Position numbers and translations under genes: made by a program | Assembly (NCBI GenBank): GCA_043779265.1 | Contig: JAYWEM010000184.1 | Span: 1 to 15,634, forward strand | DNA: 15,634 bases | Direction: 5' to 3' | From: a bacterium | GTDB taxonomy: Bacteria > Eisenbacteria > RBG-16-71-46 | The notes under the pieces: model-generated | The model's database searches: none | The model's input: the letters and a program-made list of their open reading frames with translations, nothing else | Told to the model about the DNA's origin: nothing | In this document: positions 8,170 through 15,634 of the stretch, in pieces | Layout of the letters: each line of letters begins with the position of its first letter | Numbering within the stretch: the stretch's first letter is position 1

Positions 8170-8754
8170 GTGTCCGACTCCACGCATCCCACGCTGCAGG
8201 ACGTTCTCGACGCGCTCGGTCGGCTTGCCGACCGGGTGGCGACCTCGCCTCGCTCCCATCTCGACCCGTTCGTCACGACGACGCTGCGCCGCATGACGAC
8301 CGAACTGCGCACCTACATCCCCGGGCTCGATGGACCGCCCGACCCCGAAGCGGCCCGCTTCCTGGTTCGCGCGGCCTATGCGGCCCTCGAGGATGGCGAC
8401 TCGCGTGAGGGGCTGTCGCGGGCGCTGCGCGGACTCAGTTTATCGCCGCATCACCCCGGACTCTGGTTCGTCGCGGCTTCGGCGTGCTTCGAGTACGGCG
8501 CGGTCGAGGACGCCGTCCGGCTCCTGCGTCACACGTTGTGGATCCATCCCGGACATCCTGCAGCCCGGCGCGACCTCGAGGCGCTCACGGCCTATCTGAG
8601 TGAACGCTGGAATCAGCCGGGCGAGATGGATGCCGAATCGCTCATCGCTCCAGCCGATGGAGTCGCTTTCGACCCCGAGTTGGCCTTCGACTCGATCGAC
8701 GACGACATCGAACCGCCCATGGCGGAGGACGACGAGCAGGATCGAGCGGCGTGA
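8170..8754 (+). CDS. Tetratricopeptide-repeat protein with acidic C-terminal tail (194 aa)
   Basis: GTG at 8170 after AGGGGAAG. Two TPR-like units (AAYAALEDGD...LSLSPHHPGLW; ACFEYGAVEDAVRLLRHTLWIHPGHPAA). D/E-rich tail. Confidence 0.7.
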   Translation: MSDSTHPTLQDVLDALGRLADRVATSPRSHLDPFVTTTLRRMTTELRTYIPGLDGPPDPEAARFLVRAAYAALEDGDSREGLSRALRGLSLSPHHPGLWFVAASACFEYGAVEDAVRLLRHTLWIHPGHPAARRDLEALTAYLSERWNQPGEMDAESLIAPADGVAFDPELAFDSIDDDIEPPMAEDDEQDRAA

Positions 8755-9956
8755 AGCTGCTGCTGGTCGCGGACGCGATCGGCGAGACCGAGCTCGAGGA
8801 GACTCCGAGCTGGCTCGCCTCACTCGCCGCCCGGCTGGCAGCACGAGGCCATCGCGTCACGGCGCTCTGCGCCTCGGCCCCCGAGCCGTGGCGCAGCATC
8901 GCGGATCCGCCGGGAGTGGTGGTGTGGCGGCCTGAACTCGATACCCTCGAGCGCGCGTTCACGACCGCGCTCGCGAGCAACCCCGACGTGGTCCATCTGG
9001 CGGCGACGGGTCCGCTGCCGCCTCGGGTCACCGAGTCGCTGCAGTCCCTGCCGATCGTGCTCGATGCCCATGACCTGGGAGCGGTGTGCCCGGCGGGCGA
9101 TCTGCGTCATCGTCCTTCGCTCGAACGCTGCAAGCACCGCCACCCGCATGAGGCGTGTGGTGCGTGTGCCGGCTGGCAGAGGATCCAGACGGCGACGCTG
9201 CGTGCTCCGCTCGTCGCCGCCGCCGGAGTCGTCGTGGCGCATTCTCGTCATGTCGCCACCAGCCTGACCGCGAGCCTGCAGCGAGAAGTCGTGCGCGTGC
9301 CGCTCGGAATCGATCCGATGCGATTCCGGCCGGGTGCGCCGATCACGCCCCTCACGGCGTCGCTGCTGACGAGCGATCGCCCGCGGGCGCTGCTCCTCGG
9401 GGCGCCCGTGGCGCAGAGTGAGGGGAACGATCCGGTCGACCTGCTCGTCTCGCTCGCCTCTCGCGTGCCGGATGCCGAACTCGTGCTCGCGGGGCGTGAT
9501 GCGCGTGATCCCGATGCCCACACGCGCGTGCTCGCCGAGGCAAGGCGCATGGGTCTCGCCGACCAGCTTCGCATCCTGCCGCAGGTGAGTGGCGCCGACC
9601 TTCCGAGCCTCTTCGCGGCGTGCGACGTGGCCGTCGTGCTCGAGGCTCACGAACGCTCGGCCGGACTCTCGGCGATGCGGGCGCTCGCGAGTGGACTGCC
9701 CATCGTCGCTCCCGCGGGTTCGCCCTATGCGGAGTGGATCGAGAACGGACAGGAGGGCCGACTCGTCGAACCGAGAGCGGCCGCCCTGGCGGATGCCACC
9801 GCCGTGTTCCTCGCGGCGAGGCCGCTGCGCGCGGCATTCGGCGAACGCGCCCGCCTGGCGGCGATCGAGCGACACGACCTCGAGCGCGCGGTCGTCGCGC
9901 ACGAGGAGCTGTACGCGCGGGTCCGCCGCGACGGCCGTCCTGCCCGCGCCGCCTGA
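8751..9956 (+). CDS. GT-B fold glycosyltransferase family 4-like protein with degenerate catalytic motifs
   Basis: MKLLLV...LAARLAARGHRVTAL, PDVVHL, HD...CP, VPLGIDP..F.P, ACDVAV, ALASGLPIVA, ENGQEGRLV. GTGA overlap with the TPR gene. Confidence 0.85.
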   Translation: MKLLLVADAIGETELEETPSWLASLAARLAARGHRVTALCASAPEPWRSIADPPGVVVWRPELDTLERAFTTALASNPDVVHLAATGPLPPRVTESLQSLPIVLDAHDLGAVCPAGDLRHRPSLERCKHRHPHEACGACAGWQRIQTATLRAPLVAAAGVVVAHSRHVATSLTASLQREVVRVPLGIDPMRFRPGAPITPLTASLLTSDRPRALLLGAPVAQSEGNDPVDLLVSLASRVPDAELVLAGRDARDPDAHTRVLAEARRMGLADQLRILPQVSGADLPSLFAACDVAVVLEAHERSAGLSAMRALASGLPIVAPAGSPYAEWIENGQEGRLVEPRAAALADATAVFLAARPLRAAFGERARLAAIERHDLERAVVAHEELYARVRRDGRPARAA

Positions 9957-10045
9957 CCCGGAGCCATCGCTCCCGCAGCCTCCGCCTCGCCGCCGCCCGC
10001 TCGGCTGTGCCAGACTGACCGGCTACGAGGAGGCGCCGCAACCCC

Positions 10046-11134
10046 ATGCGCTGGTCATTCAGTATCGGACGTCTGTTCGGCATCCGCGTCGAGGTGCATG
10101 TCACGTTCCTGTTGATGGTGGCCGGCTTGGCCATCTTCGGGGCCGAGGACGCGCGCGACGCGGTGCGGTTCGCGTTCGCCATGCTGTTGGTGTTCGCCTG
10201 CGTGCTGCTGCACGAACTCGGGCACGCGCTGGCCGCGCGGCGCTACGGGATCGCCACACGCGAGATCGTGCTGCTGCCGATCGGCGGCGTCGCGCGGCTC
10301 GAGCGCATGCCGGAGAAGCCCCAGCAGGAGGTGGTCGTCGCGATCGCCGGCCCACTGGTCAACGTCATGATCGCCACGCTCCTCGGGCTGATCCTCTACG
10401 GCCAGCATGGTGATGCTCGCGTGCTGCTGGATCGCGCCGCCCAGGGACACACGCTCGAGTACCTGTTGTTCGCCAACCTGGCCATGATCGCCTTCAACCT
10501 GATCCCCGCGTTCCCGATGGACGGCGGCCGGGTGTTGCGCGCGTCACTCGCGATGTTCATGCCGTTCACCCGGGCGACCCGCATCGCCTCGCTCGTGGGG
10601 CAGGGCTTCGCACTGTTGTTCGCGTTCCTGGGCGTGTTCGTGTTCAAGAGCGTCATCCTCGTGTTCATCGCCCTGTTCGTCTTCCTGGCGGCGGGGGAGG
10701 AGAGGGCGGTCGTGCAGACGCGCTCGAATCTCAACGGGCTGCTCGTGCGCGACGCCATGATCACGTCGTTCGTCTCGCTCGAGACGCGTCATGATCTGCA
10801 GCACGCGGTCGATCTGATGCTGGCGCTCGACCAGCAGGACTTCCCGGTGCTCGAGGACGGTCGCCTGATCGGAATCCTGCAACGCGCCGATCTCATCAAG
10901 GGGCTGAGCCGCGAGGGCCCCGGCGCCCCGGTCGGCCGCTTGGTGCGGCTCGATGTCGAGGCGGTCGAGATGTCGGCGCCGCTGCAGGGTGCTCTCCAGC
11001 AGATGCAGGCGCAGCGCCTGACGTCGCTTCCCGTGACACTCAAGGGCGAGTTGCTCGGCATGCTCACCCTGGAGAACGTCGGGGAGCTGCTGCAGGTTCA
11101 GGAGGCTCGTCAGCGTCACGCGGGCACCGGATGA
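10046..11134 (+). CDS. Site-2 protease (peptidase M50B, SpoIVFB/Rip3-like) with C-terminal CBS pair
   Basis: HELGH zinc motif, LLPIGGVA, IAGPLVN and FNLIPAFPMDGGRVLR. Hydrophobic segments. CBS-like units VRDAM...FPVLEDGRLIGIL and LPVT..GELLGMLT. Confidence 0.93.
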   Translation: MRWSFSIGRLFGIRVEVHVTFLLMVAGLAIFGAEDARDAVRFAFAMLLVFACVLLHELGHALAARRYGIATREIVLLPIGGVARLERMPEKPQQEVVVAIAGPLVNVMIATLLGLILYGQHGDARVLLDRAAQGHTLEYLLFANLAMIAFNLIPAFPMDGGRVLRASLAMFMPFTRATRIASLVGQGFALLFAFLGVFVFKSVILVFIALFVFLAAGEERAVVQTRSNLNGLLVRDAMITSFVSLETRHDLQHAVDLMLALDQQDFPVLEDGRLIGILQRADLIKGLSREGPGAPVGRLVRLDVEAVEMSAPLQGALQQMQAQRLTSLPVTLKGELLGMLTLENVGELLQVQEARQRHAGTG

Positions 11135-11961
11135 GCCGGCCGCTGCACGCGCGTTGGATCCTGCCCGTTGTGCTGGTGGTCGCCGGTTTCGCGATCTGGC
11201 ACCAGGTGCGCACGCTCGCCTTCCGTTCGGTCGCGCCGGGCATGGAATTCGCGCTGCTTCGCGGCGAGCCCTTCTGCCGACGCGGCTCGGCTGCGATCGC
11301 GGTGCTGCGCGTGGACCCCACGATCACCCGCCTGCGCGTGCGCCACCAAGGCCGCGGTGGGCGCAGGAGCGCGCCGCCGACCGTGGTGGAGTGGCAGCGC
11401 GAGACCGGCGCGCCGGTCGTCTTCAACGCCGGCCAGTACTATCCGGACTTCCGCTACATGGGATTGCTGGTCTCGGGCGGCATCAAGCTCAGTGAGCGAC
11501 TGCATCCCGAGTTCATGGCGGCGCTCGTCGCATCGCCCAACGGCGGCGGTCCCGAAGCACGCGTGCTCGACCTGACGCGCGACTCGCTGGATGCGAAAGA
11601 GCCCGGCTGGGGTGAGGTGGCGCAGTCGTTCATGTTGTTCGATACGCACGGCGTGACGCGCGTGCGACGCAGCGATCGCGTCGCCAACCGCACTGCCGTG
11701 GCCGAGGATCGCCATGGCCGGTTGCTGGTGTTCGTGACCGAGGGAGGCTACACGCTCGCCGATCTCTCGACGCTGCTGCAACGATTCCCCCTCGATCTGA
11801 CGCATGCGATGTCGATGGACGGCGGACTCGAGGCTGAGCTGGTGGTGGCGACACGTGGCTTCCGTTATGCCAGCTTCGGCGCATGGCCCGAATCGGGCGA
11901 TGCGAATGCGCCCGGGGCCTCGACGCCGCTTCCCACGGTCATCACGCTGGAGCCGAGATGA
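11131..11961 (+). CDS. Phosphodiester glycosidase (NAGPA-like) family protein, N-terminally anchored or exported
   Basis: N-terminal hydrophobic helix. VLRVDP, VFNAGQY, NRTAVA and AMSMDGG motifs are characteristic of the family. ATGA overlaps at both ends. Confidence 0.72.
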   Translation: MSRPLHARWILPVVLVVAGFAIWHQVRTLAFRSVAPGMEFALLRGEPFCRRGSAAIAVLRVDPTITRLRVRHQGRGGRRSAPPTVVEWQRETGAPVVFNAGQYYPDFRYMGLLVSGGIKLSERLHPEFMAALVASPNGGGPEARVLDLTRDSLDAKEPGWGEVAQSFMLFDTHGVTRVRRSDRVANRTAVAEDRHGRLLVFVTEGGYTLADLSTLLQRFPLDLTHAMSMDGGLEAELVVATRGFRYASFGAWPESGDANAPGASTPLPTVITLEPR

Positions 11962-12542
11962 GTCCGGGGTTCCCGTGCGCGCGCTGCGGCCGCACGCTCG
12001 AGCGGCTCCGCGCCACGACGATGCGCCCGGTGGCGATCGCGTGTCCGCGCTGCCGATTCCTGATGTACGACTACCCTCGACCGGCGTGCGGCGTCCTGGT
12101 GATGCGAGGAGACACCGTGCTGCTGCTCCGGCGCGCTTCGCCGCCGAGGATCGGCTGCGTCGACATCCCGGGTGGCTTCCTCGAGGCGGGTGAGGGCCTG
12201 GAACAGGCGGCGCGTCGTGAACTGAACGAGGAGACGGGGCTCCGAGTCGGGCCGCTGGTTCATCTCGGGCTCTACTGGGACACCTATCAGCTCAAGGGCT
12301 TCGGGCGTTTTCCCACGATGAACGTCTACTTCGCGGCCGAGTATCGCCGCGGCACGGCGGTGGGGGCGGATGACGCGGCGAGCGCCGAGTGGGTGCCGAT
12401 GGCCTCGCTCCCGAAGCTTCGACTGCGTTTCGCGTGGGCGCACATGGCGGACGTGTTCGCCGATCTCAAGCGCTGGCGGGCCGGGCGGCTTTCGCCCCGT
12501 GAACTTCCGGACGGGCGACCGTTCGCGAGGGCCGCGCGATGA
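11958..12542 (+). CDS. Nudix hydrolase with N-terminal zinc ribbon (ADP-ribose/FAD pyrophosphatase-like, 194 aa)
   Basis: CARC...CPRC...Y..P.P, then Nudix box GGFLEAGEGLEQAARRELNEETGL and DDA..AEW. ATG at 11958 overlaps the upstream stop. Confidence 0.9.
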   Translation: MSPGFPCARCGRTLERLRATTMRPVAIACPRCRFLMYDYPRPACGVLVMRGDTVLLLRRASPPRIGCVDIPGGFLEAGEGLEQAARRELNEETGLRVGPLVHLGLYWDTYQLKGFGRFPTMNVYFAAEYRRGTAVGADDAASAEWVPMASLPKLRLRFAWAHMADVFADLKRWRAGRLSPRELPDGRPFARAAR

Positions 12543-13201
12543 TCCCGCAGAGCGGTCGCTACGAGCTCTTCGCAGGCGGCGTGACCTGTGGCGAGGAGCG
12601 CTGGCGCATCGAGCCTCGTGCCGAACTCTCGACGGAGGCGAGCGGCGAACAGGAGACTCGGGTGCCGCATCCGTTCCCGAGCGTCACCACCTGGCGGGCC
12701 ACGCTCTCGCCGCTCCATCGCGTCACGAGCATCGAGATCGACTGGCGGGTGGGCGAGCGGCATCTGCGGGCGGTGCATCGTGCCGAGGGCGATCTGTGGC
12801 ATGTGCGCATCGACCACAGTGTCCACACGCGCGAGCAGGAGGGGGATTGCCCCACCTTCTGCGAGGTGCTGTTCGGCTCGCATGTCTTCCACAGCATCGC
12901 GCTGCAGCGCTACGTCTGGGCGAAGGGTGCCGAACACGAGTTTCCGGCGCTGATGATCGGGCCACCGTGGATGGCAGTCGAACCGGGCCGGCAGCGCATC
13001 GTGTGCACGGCACAGATCGAGCGAGAGACGGTGACGGGACGCTCGCTGGCACGCAGGCTCGAGGTCCACGACCCGGCGAACTCGGCGCCGCCCTACTCGA
13101 TGTGGGTCGATGACGAGGACCGCGTGCTCGAGTCCTTCGAGGGGCTCGACGAGGGCGTGCCGTGGATGCGTCTGGCCGCTTGGGAGCGCGGTTCGGCGTA
13201 G
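12539..13201 (+). CDS. Hypothetical beta-strand-rich protein (possibly putative glycolipid-binding/LolA-like fold)
   Basis: ATGA-coupled to the Nudix gene. Alternating beta patterns, G.Y......GEE.W.I at the N-terminus and MWVDDEDRVL at the C-terminus. The family assignment is tentative. Confidence 0.55.
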   Translation: MIPQSGRYELFAGGVTCGEERWRIEPRAELSTEASGEQETRVPHPFPSVTTWRATLSPLHRVTSIEIDWRVGERHLRAVHRAEGDLWHVRIDHSVHTREQEGDCPTFCEVLFGSHVFHSIALQRYVWAKGAEHEFPALMIGPPWMAVEPGRQRIVCTAQIERETVTGRSLARRLEVHDPANSAPPYSMWVDDEDRVLESFEGLDEGVPWMRLAAWERGSA

Positions 13202-13239
13202 CGGGGGCGTCCCGCTTCGCCCGGCGCGCCGCAGCGCGC
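13200..13239. terminator. Two short GC hairpins between convergent genes
   Basis: AGCGGG/CCCGCT (13200-13216) and GCGCGC-cgca-GCGCGC (13224-13239). No U-tract. Confidence 0.25.
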
Positions 13240-13243
13240 GTGA

Positions 13244-14845
13244 TCAGCGGCGCTTGCGAGCTCGCTCGCGTAGGACCTCGGCGGTGGCCGTCTCGCCATC
13301 GGCCTCGGCGGCATCCGCGGCGCGGTTGAACCACAGAGCGGCACGCTCGACGTCCTTGGCCTCACGCCAGTGCTCGGCGATCTGCACGTTCTGTTCGGGT
13401 GCGAGCTGTTCGAGTGCGCGCGCGACACGCGAGTGCATCTCGTGTCGGCGGCGGGGAGGGAGCAGCCTCGTCACCACCTCGTGCAGGGTCGGGTGGGCGA
13501 ACGCCGAGCGCCCGGGGCTGACCCGCACGATGACCTCTCGCCGCCTCAGTTCACGCGCGATTCGCTCGGAGTCCTCGACCGGACGCTCGCCGACGGCGAA
13601 CCAGACCTCGTCGTCGAACGCATCACCGAGCAACGCCGCATCCTGCAACAGCGCGCGGGCCGATGATGAGAGCGCCTTGAGCCGCCGGTGCGTCACTTCA
13701 CGCGCGCCGCTCGGCAGCGCGACGCGCGCCCACGGCCCATCGTCATCCGGCAGGCCGTCGTGGCCATCGAGCTGCCACTCGCCGGAGCCATCGAGCGTGA
13801 GCACACCCAGCGCGACGGCGGCACGCAGCCACTCCCCGGTGGCGAACACCCGCCCGGCCGTGGCGCGATGAACGGCGCCCGCGAAGGCAGACGGCACCGC
13901 GACTCGCCCGAGCACCTGCGCGATCCACATCGCGACGCCGAACGGGCCGAGTTTGTCATCGGGCCCGGGCCCCTCGGCGGAAGGTGGCAGCAGACGGGCG
14001 CGAGGCGTCGGCTCGGGGCGAGGCGGCGTGGCTCCGAGGCGCACCAGCGAAGCGGCGATCACGCGCGCATCCGATGGCCGACCGCGCGGACTGCGGGCGA
14101 TCAGGCTCATCACCAGCTCATCGAGCTCCCGGGGCAATCCGGGCGATGCCGCCGAGGGGAGAGTGGGGTTGCTGCTTCCCTCGGCCGCATCGGCGACGGT
14201 CTCGTAGGGCGGCCGCCCGGTGAGCGCCCAGTAGAGCATGGCGCCCAGCGCATAGAGGTCGGCGCGCGTGTCCACGGGCTCGCCTCGCAGGCGTTCGGGC
14301 GAGCGGAAGCCGGCCCGGTCGCCGGGGGGAGCCGGCATGTCGCGACCAACCTCCCGAGCGGCACGCGCCGAGAAGTCGAATCGGGTGATCACCAATTCGC
14401 GACCACCTCGCACCACGATGTGGGAGGGGTCGAGGTCCCCATGAGGCTCCCCTTCGCCCGCGAGCCACGCGAGCGGGGCGCACAATGAAGCGAAGCCCGT
14501 GAGCAGCGTCCGCAGTGCCTCGGCCTGGTGGAGAGGCGGCGCCGGCCACGTGTCGCGCACCCACGCGCGCAGTGGCGAGCCCTCGATCCACTCCATCACG
14601 CGCCACGGCCGGCCCTCTTCGAGGCCCGACCCGAGCACGTGCGCGAACGCCGGGTGCTCGAATCGCTCGAGCGCGTACATCTCGCGCCGCAGCGAGCGGA
14701 TCTCGTCGGGGTGAGCGACGCTCCAGCGCTCGAGCACGCCGAACTGCTCGGTGCCGGTGCGCCGGGCGATCCAGGTCGCCGCGAGCGGATCGTCCTCGAG
14801 GCGCTCGAGTGGGACCCAGCCGTCCTTCTCGGGGCCCGGACTCAC
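13244..14845 (-). CDS. Ser/Thr kinase-fold pseudokinase fused to STAND-like helical/winged-helix region and a TPR-like tail (533 aa)
   Basis: GTG at 14845 with GAGG upstream. Kinase-fold landmarks RRE..AL..FEHP, VMEWIEG..L, SPE..RG, DTRADLYALGAMLY..LTGRPPY and P.GRP are present. These are followed by LP.GAREV..RRL..LS..AR.LLQ.AALLG and FAH..LHEV. Confidence 0.8.
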   Translation of the reverse strand: MSPGPEKDGWVPLERLEDDPLAATWIARRTGTEQFGVLERWSVAHPDEIRSLRREMYALERFEHPAFAHVLGSGLEEGRPWRVMEWIEGSPLRAWVRDTWPAPPLHQAEALRTLLTGFASLCAPLAWLAGEGEPHGDLDPSHIVVRGGRELVITRFDFSARAAREVGRDMPAPPGDRAGFRSPERLRGEPVDTRADLYALGAMLYWALTGRPPYETVADAAEGSSNPTLPSAASPGLPRELDELVMSLIARSPRGRPSDARVIAASLVRLGATPPRPEPTPRARLLPPSAEGPGPDDKLGPFGVAMWIAQVLGRVAVPSAFAGAVHRATAGRVFATGEWLRAAVALGVLTLDGSGEWQLDGHDGLPDDDGPWARVALPSGAREVTHRRLKALSSSARALLQDAALLGDAFDDEVWFAVGERPVEDSERIARELRRREVIVRVSPGRSAFAHPTLHEVVTRLLPPRRRHEMHSRVARALEQLAPEQNVQIAEHWREAKDVERAALWFNRAADAAEADGETATAEVLRERARKRR

Positions 14846-14880
14846 ACCGCCCTCGCAGCCATGCGGGTGTTGGGTTTCAT

Positions 14881-15633
14881 CTAGAGCGCCTTGACGGCCT
14901 CGATCAACGAGGTCACGACCTTGCGCGCATCGCCGAACAGCATCGAGCATCGGCTCTCGTAGTAGAGCGCGTTGTCGATCCCGGCGAAGCCCGGATTCAT
15001 GCTGCGCTTGACCACGATCACGTGGCGGGCGCGGTCGGCATCCAGGATCGGCATGCCGTAGATCGGGCTGGTCTTGTCGCTGCGCGCGGCGGGGTTCACG
15101 ACGTCGTTGGCGCCGAGGATCAGGGCCACGTCGGTACGCTCGAAGTCCGGATTGATCTGCTCGAGATCGAACAACTGGTCGTAGGGCACGTTGGCCTCGG
15201 CGAGCAGCACGTTCATGTGGCCGGGCATGCGCCCCGCCACCGGGTGGATCGCGTAGCGCACGTCGACGCCGCGCTTGGCCAGCATCTCGCCCAGTTCGCG
15301 CACCGAGTGCTGCGCCTGCGCCACCGCCATGCCGTAGCCGGGCACGATGACGAGGCTCTGCACGTGCGCCAGCAACACGGCCGCGTCGTCGATGCTCACT
15401 TCGCGGTGTGGCTTCGCCGCGGCTGCTCCGGCTGCTCCGCCCGCCGCGGCGGCCGAGTCACCGCCGAACCCGGCGAACAGCACGTTGGCCAGCGAGCGAT
15501 TCATCGCCTTGCACATCAACTGGGTGAGCAGGGTTCCGCTCGCGCCCACCAGCGTGCCGCTGATGATGAGCGCGTGATTGCCGAGAACGAACCCGGTCGC
15601 AGCCGCCGCGAGTCCGGTGAATGAGTTGAGCAG
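14881..15633 (-). CDS. pntB: NAD(P) transhydrogenase subunit beta, 3' part (5' end outside window)
   Basis: LLNSFTGLAAA, VGASGTLLT..MCKAMNRSL, IVPGYGMAVAQAQH, HPVAGRMPGHMNVLLAEA, GANDVVNPAA, KRSM..GFAGIDN and MLFGDA. The frame is open to the window end. Confidence 0.97.
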   Translation of the reverse strand: MLNSFTGLAAAATGFVLGNHALIISGTLVGASGTLLTQLMCKAMNRSLANVLFAGFGGDSAAAAGGAAGAAAAKPHREVSIDDAAVLLAHVQSLVIVPGYGMAVAQAQHSVRELGEMLAKRGVDVRYAIHPVAGRMPGHMNVLLAEANVPYDQLFDLEQINPDFERTDVALILGANDVVNPAARSDKTSPIYGMPILDADRARHVIVVKRSMNPGFAGIDNALYYESRCSMLFGDARKVVTSLIEAVKAL

Positions 15634-15634
15634 C

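Noticed and set aside
15405..15470. Ala/Gly-rich repeat-like stretch (GCTGCTCCG twice) in pntB
   Set aside because: Ordinary flexible linker between the membrane domain and the NADP(H)-binding domain III.
1..15634. CRISPR arrays, tRNA/rRNA genes, known defence systems
   Set aside because: No regularly spaced repeats, RNA-gene signatures or recognisable defence-gene motifs were seen; the intergenic gaps are short.

Overview
GC-rich bacterial window. The gene styles (a T9SS/FlgD-like C-terminal domain plus myxobacterial-like signalling proteins) would fit an FCB-group organism such as Ca. Eisenbacteria, but that is inference only. Left part: a nested mobile-element structure. The left end of a probable IS66-family element (minus strand, 1-98) cuts into the 5' end of an IS21-family istA-istB element whose right end is at 2456. 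The IS21 element in turn interrupts a secreted protein (possibly an S8 peptidase) with a C-terminal sorting-type domain, followed by a TolB-like beta-propeller lipoprotein. Middle: oppA-oppB-oppC peptide ABC transporter genes on the minus strand with no ATPase genes. A divergent plus-strand cluster follows: TPR protein, GT4-fold protein with degenerate catalytic motifs, M50/CBS site-2 protease, phosphodiester-glycosidase-family protein, Zn-ribbon Nudix hydrolase and an unknown beta-rich protein. Right part: the 3' part of pntB, followed on the minus strand by an apparent pseudokinase fused to STAND-type helical domains that lack the P-loop NTPase domain. All calls come from reading motifs by eye; no database search was run.
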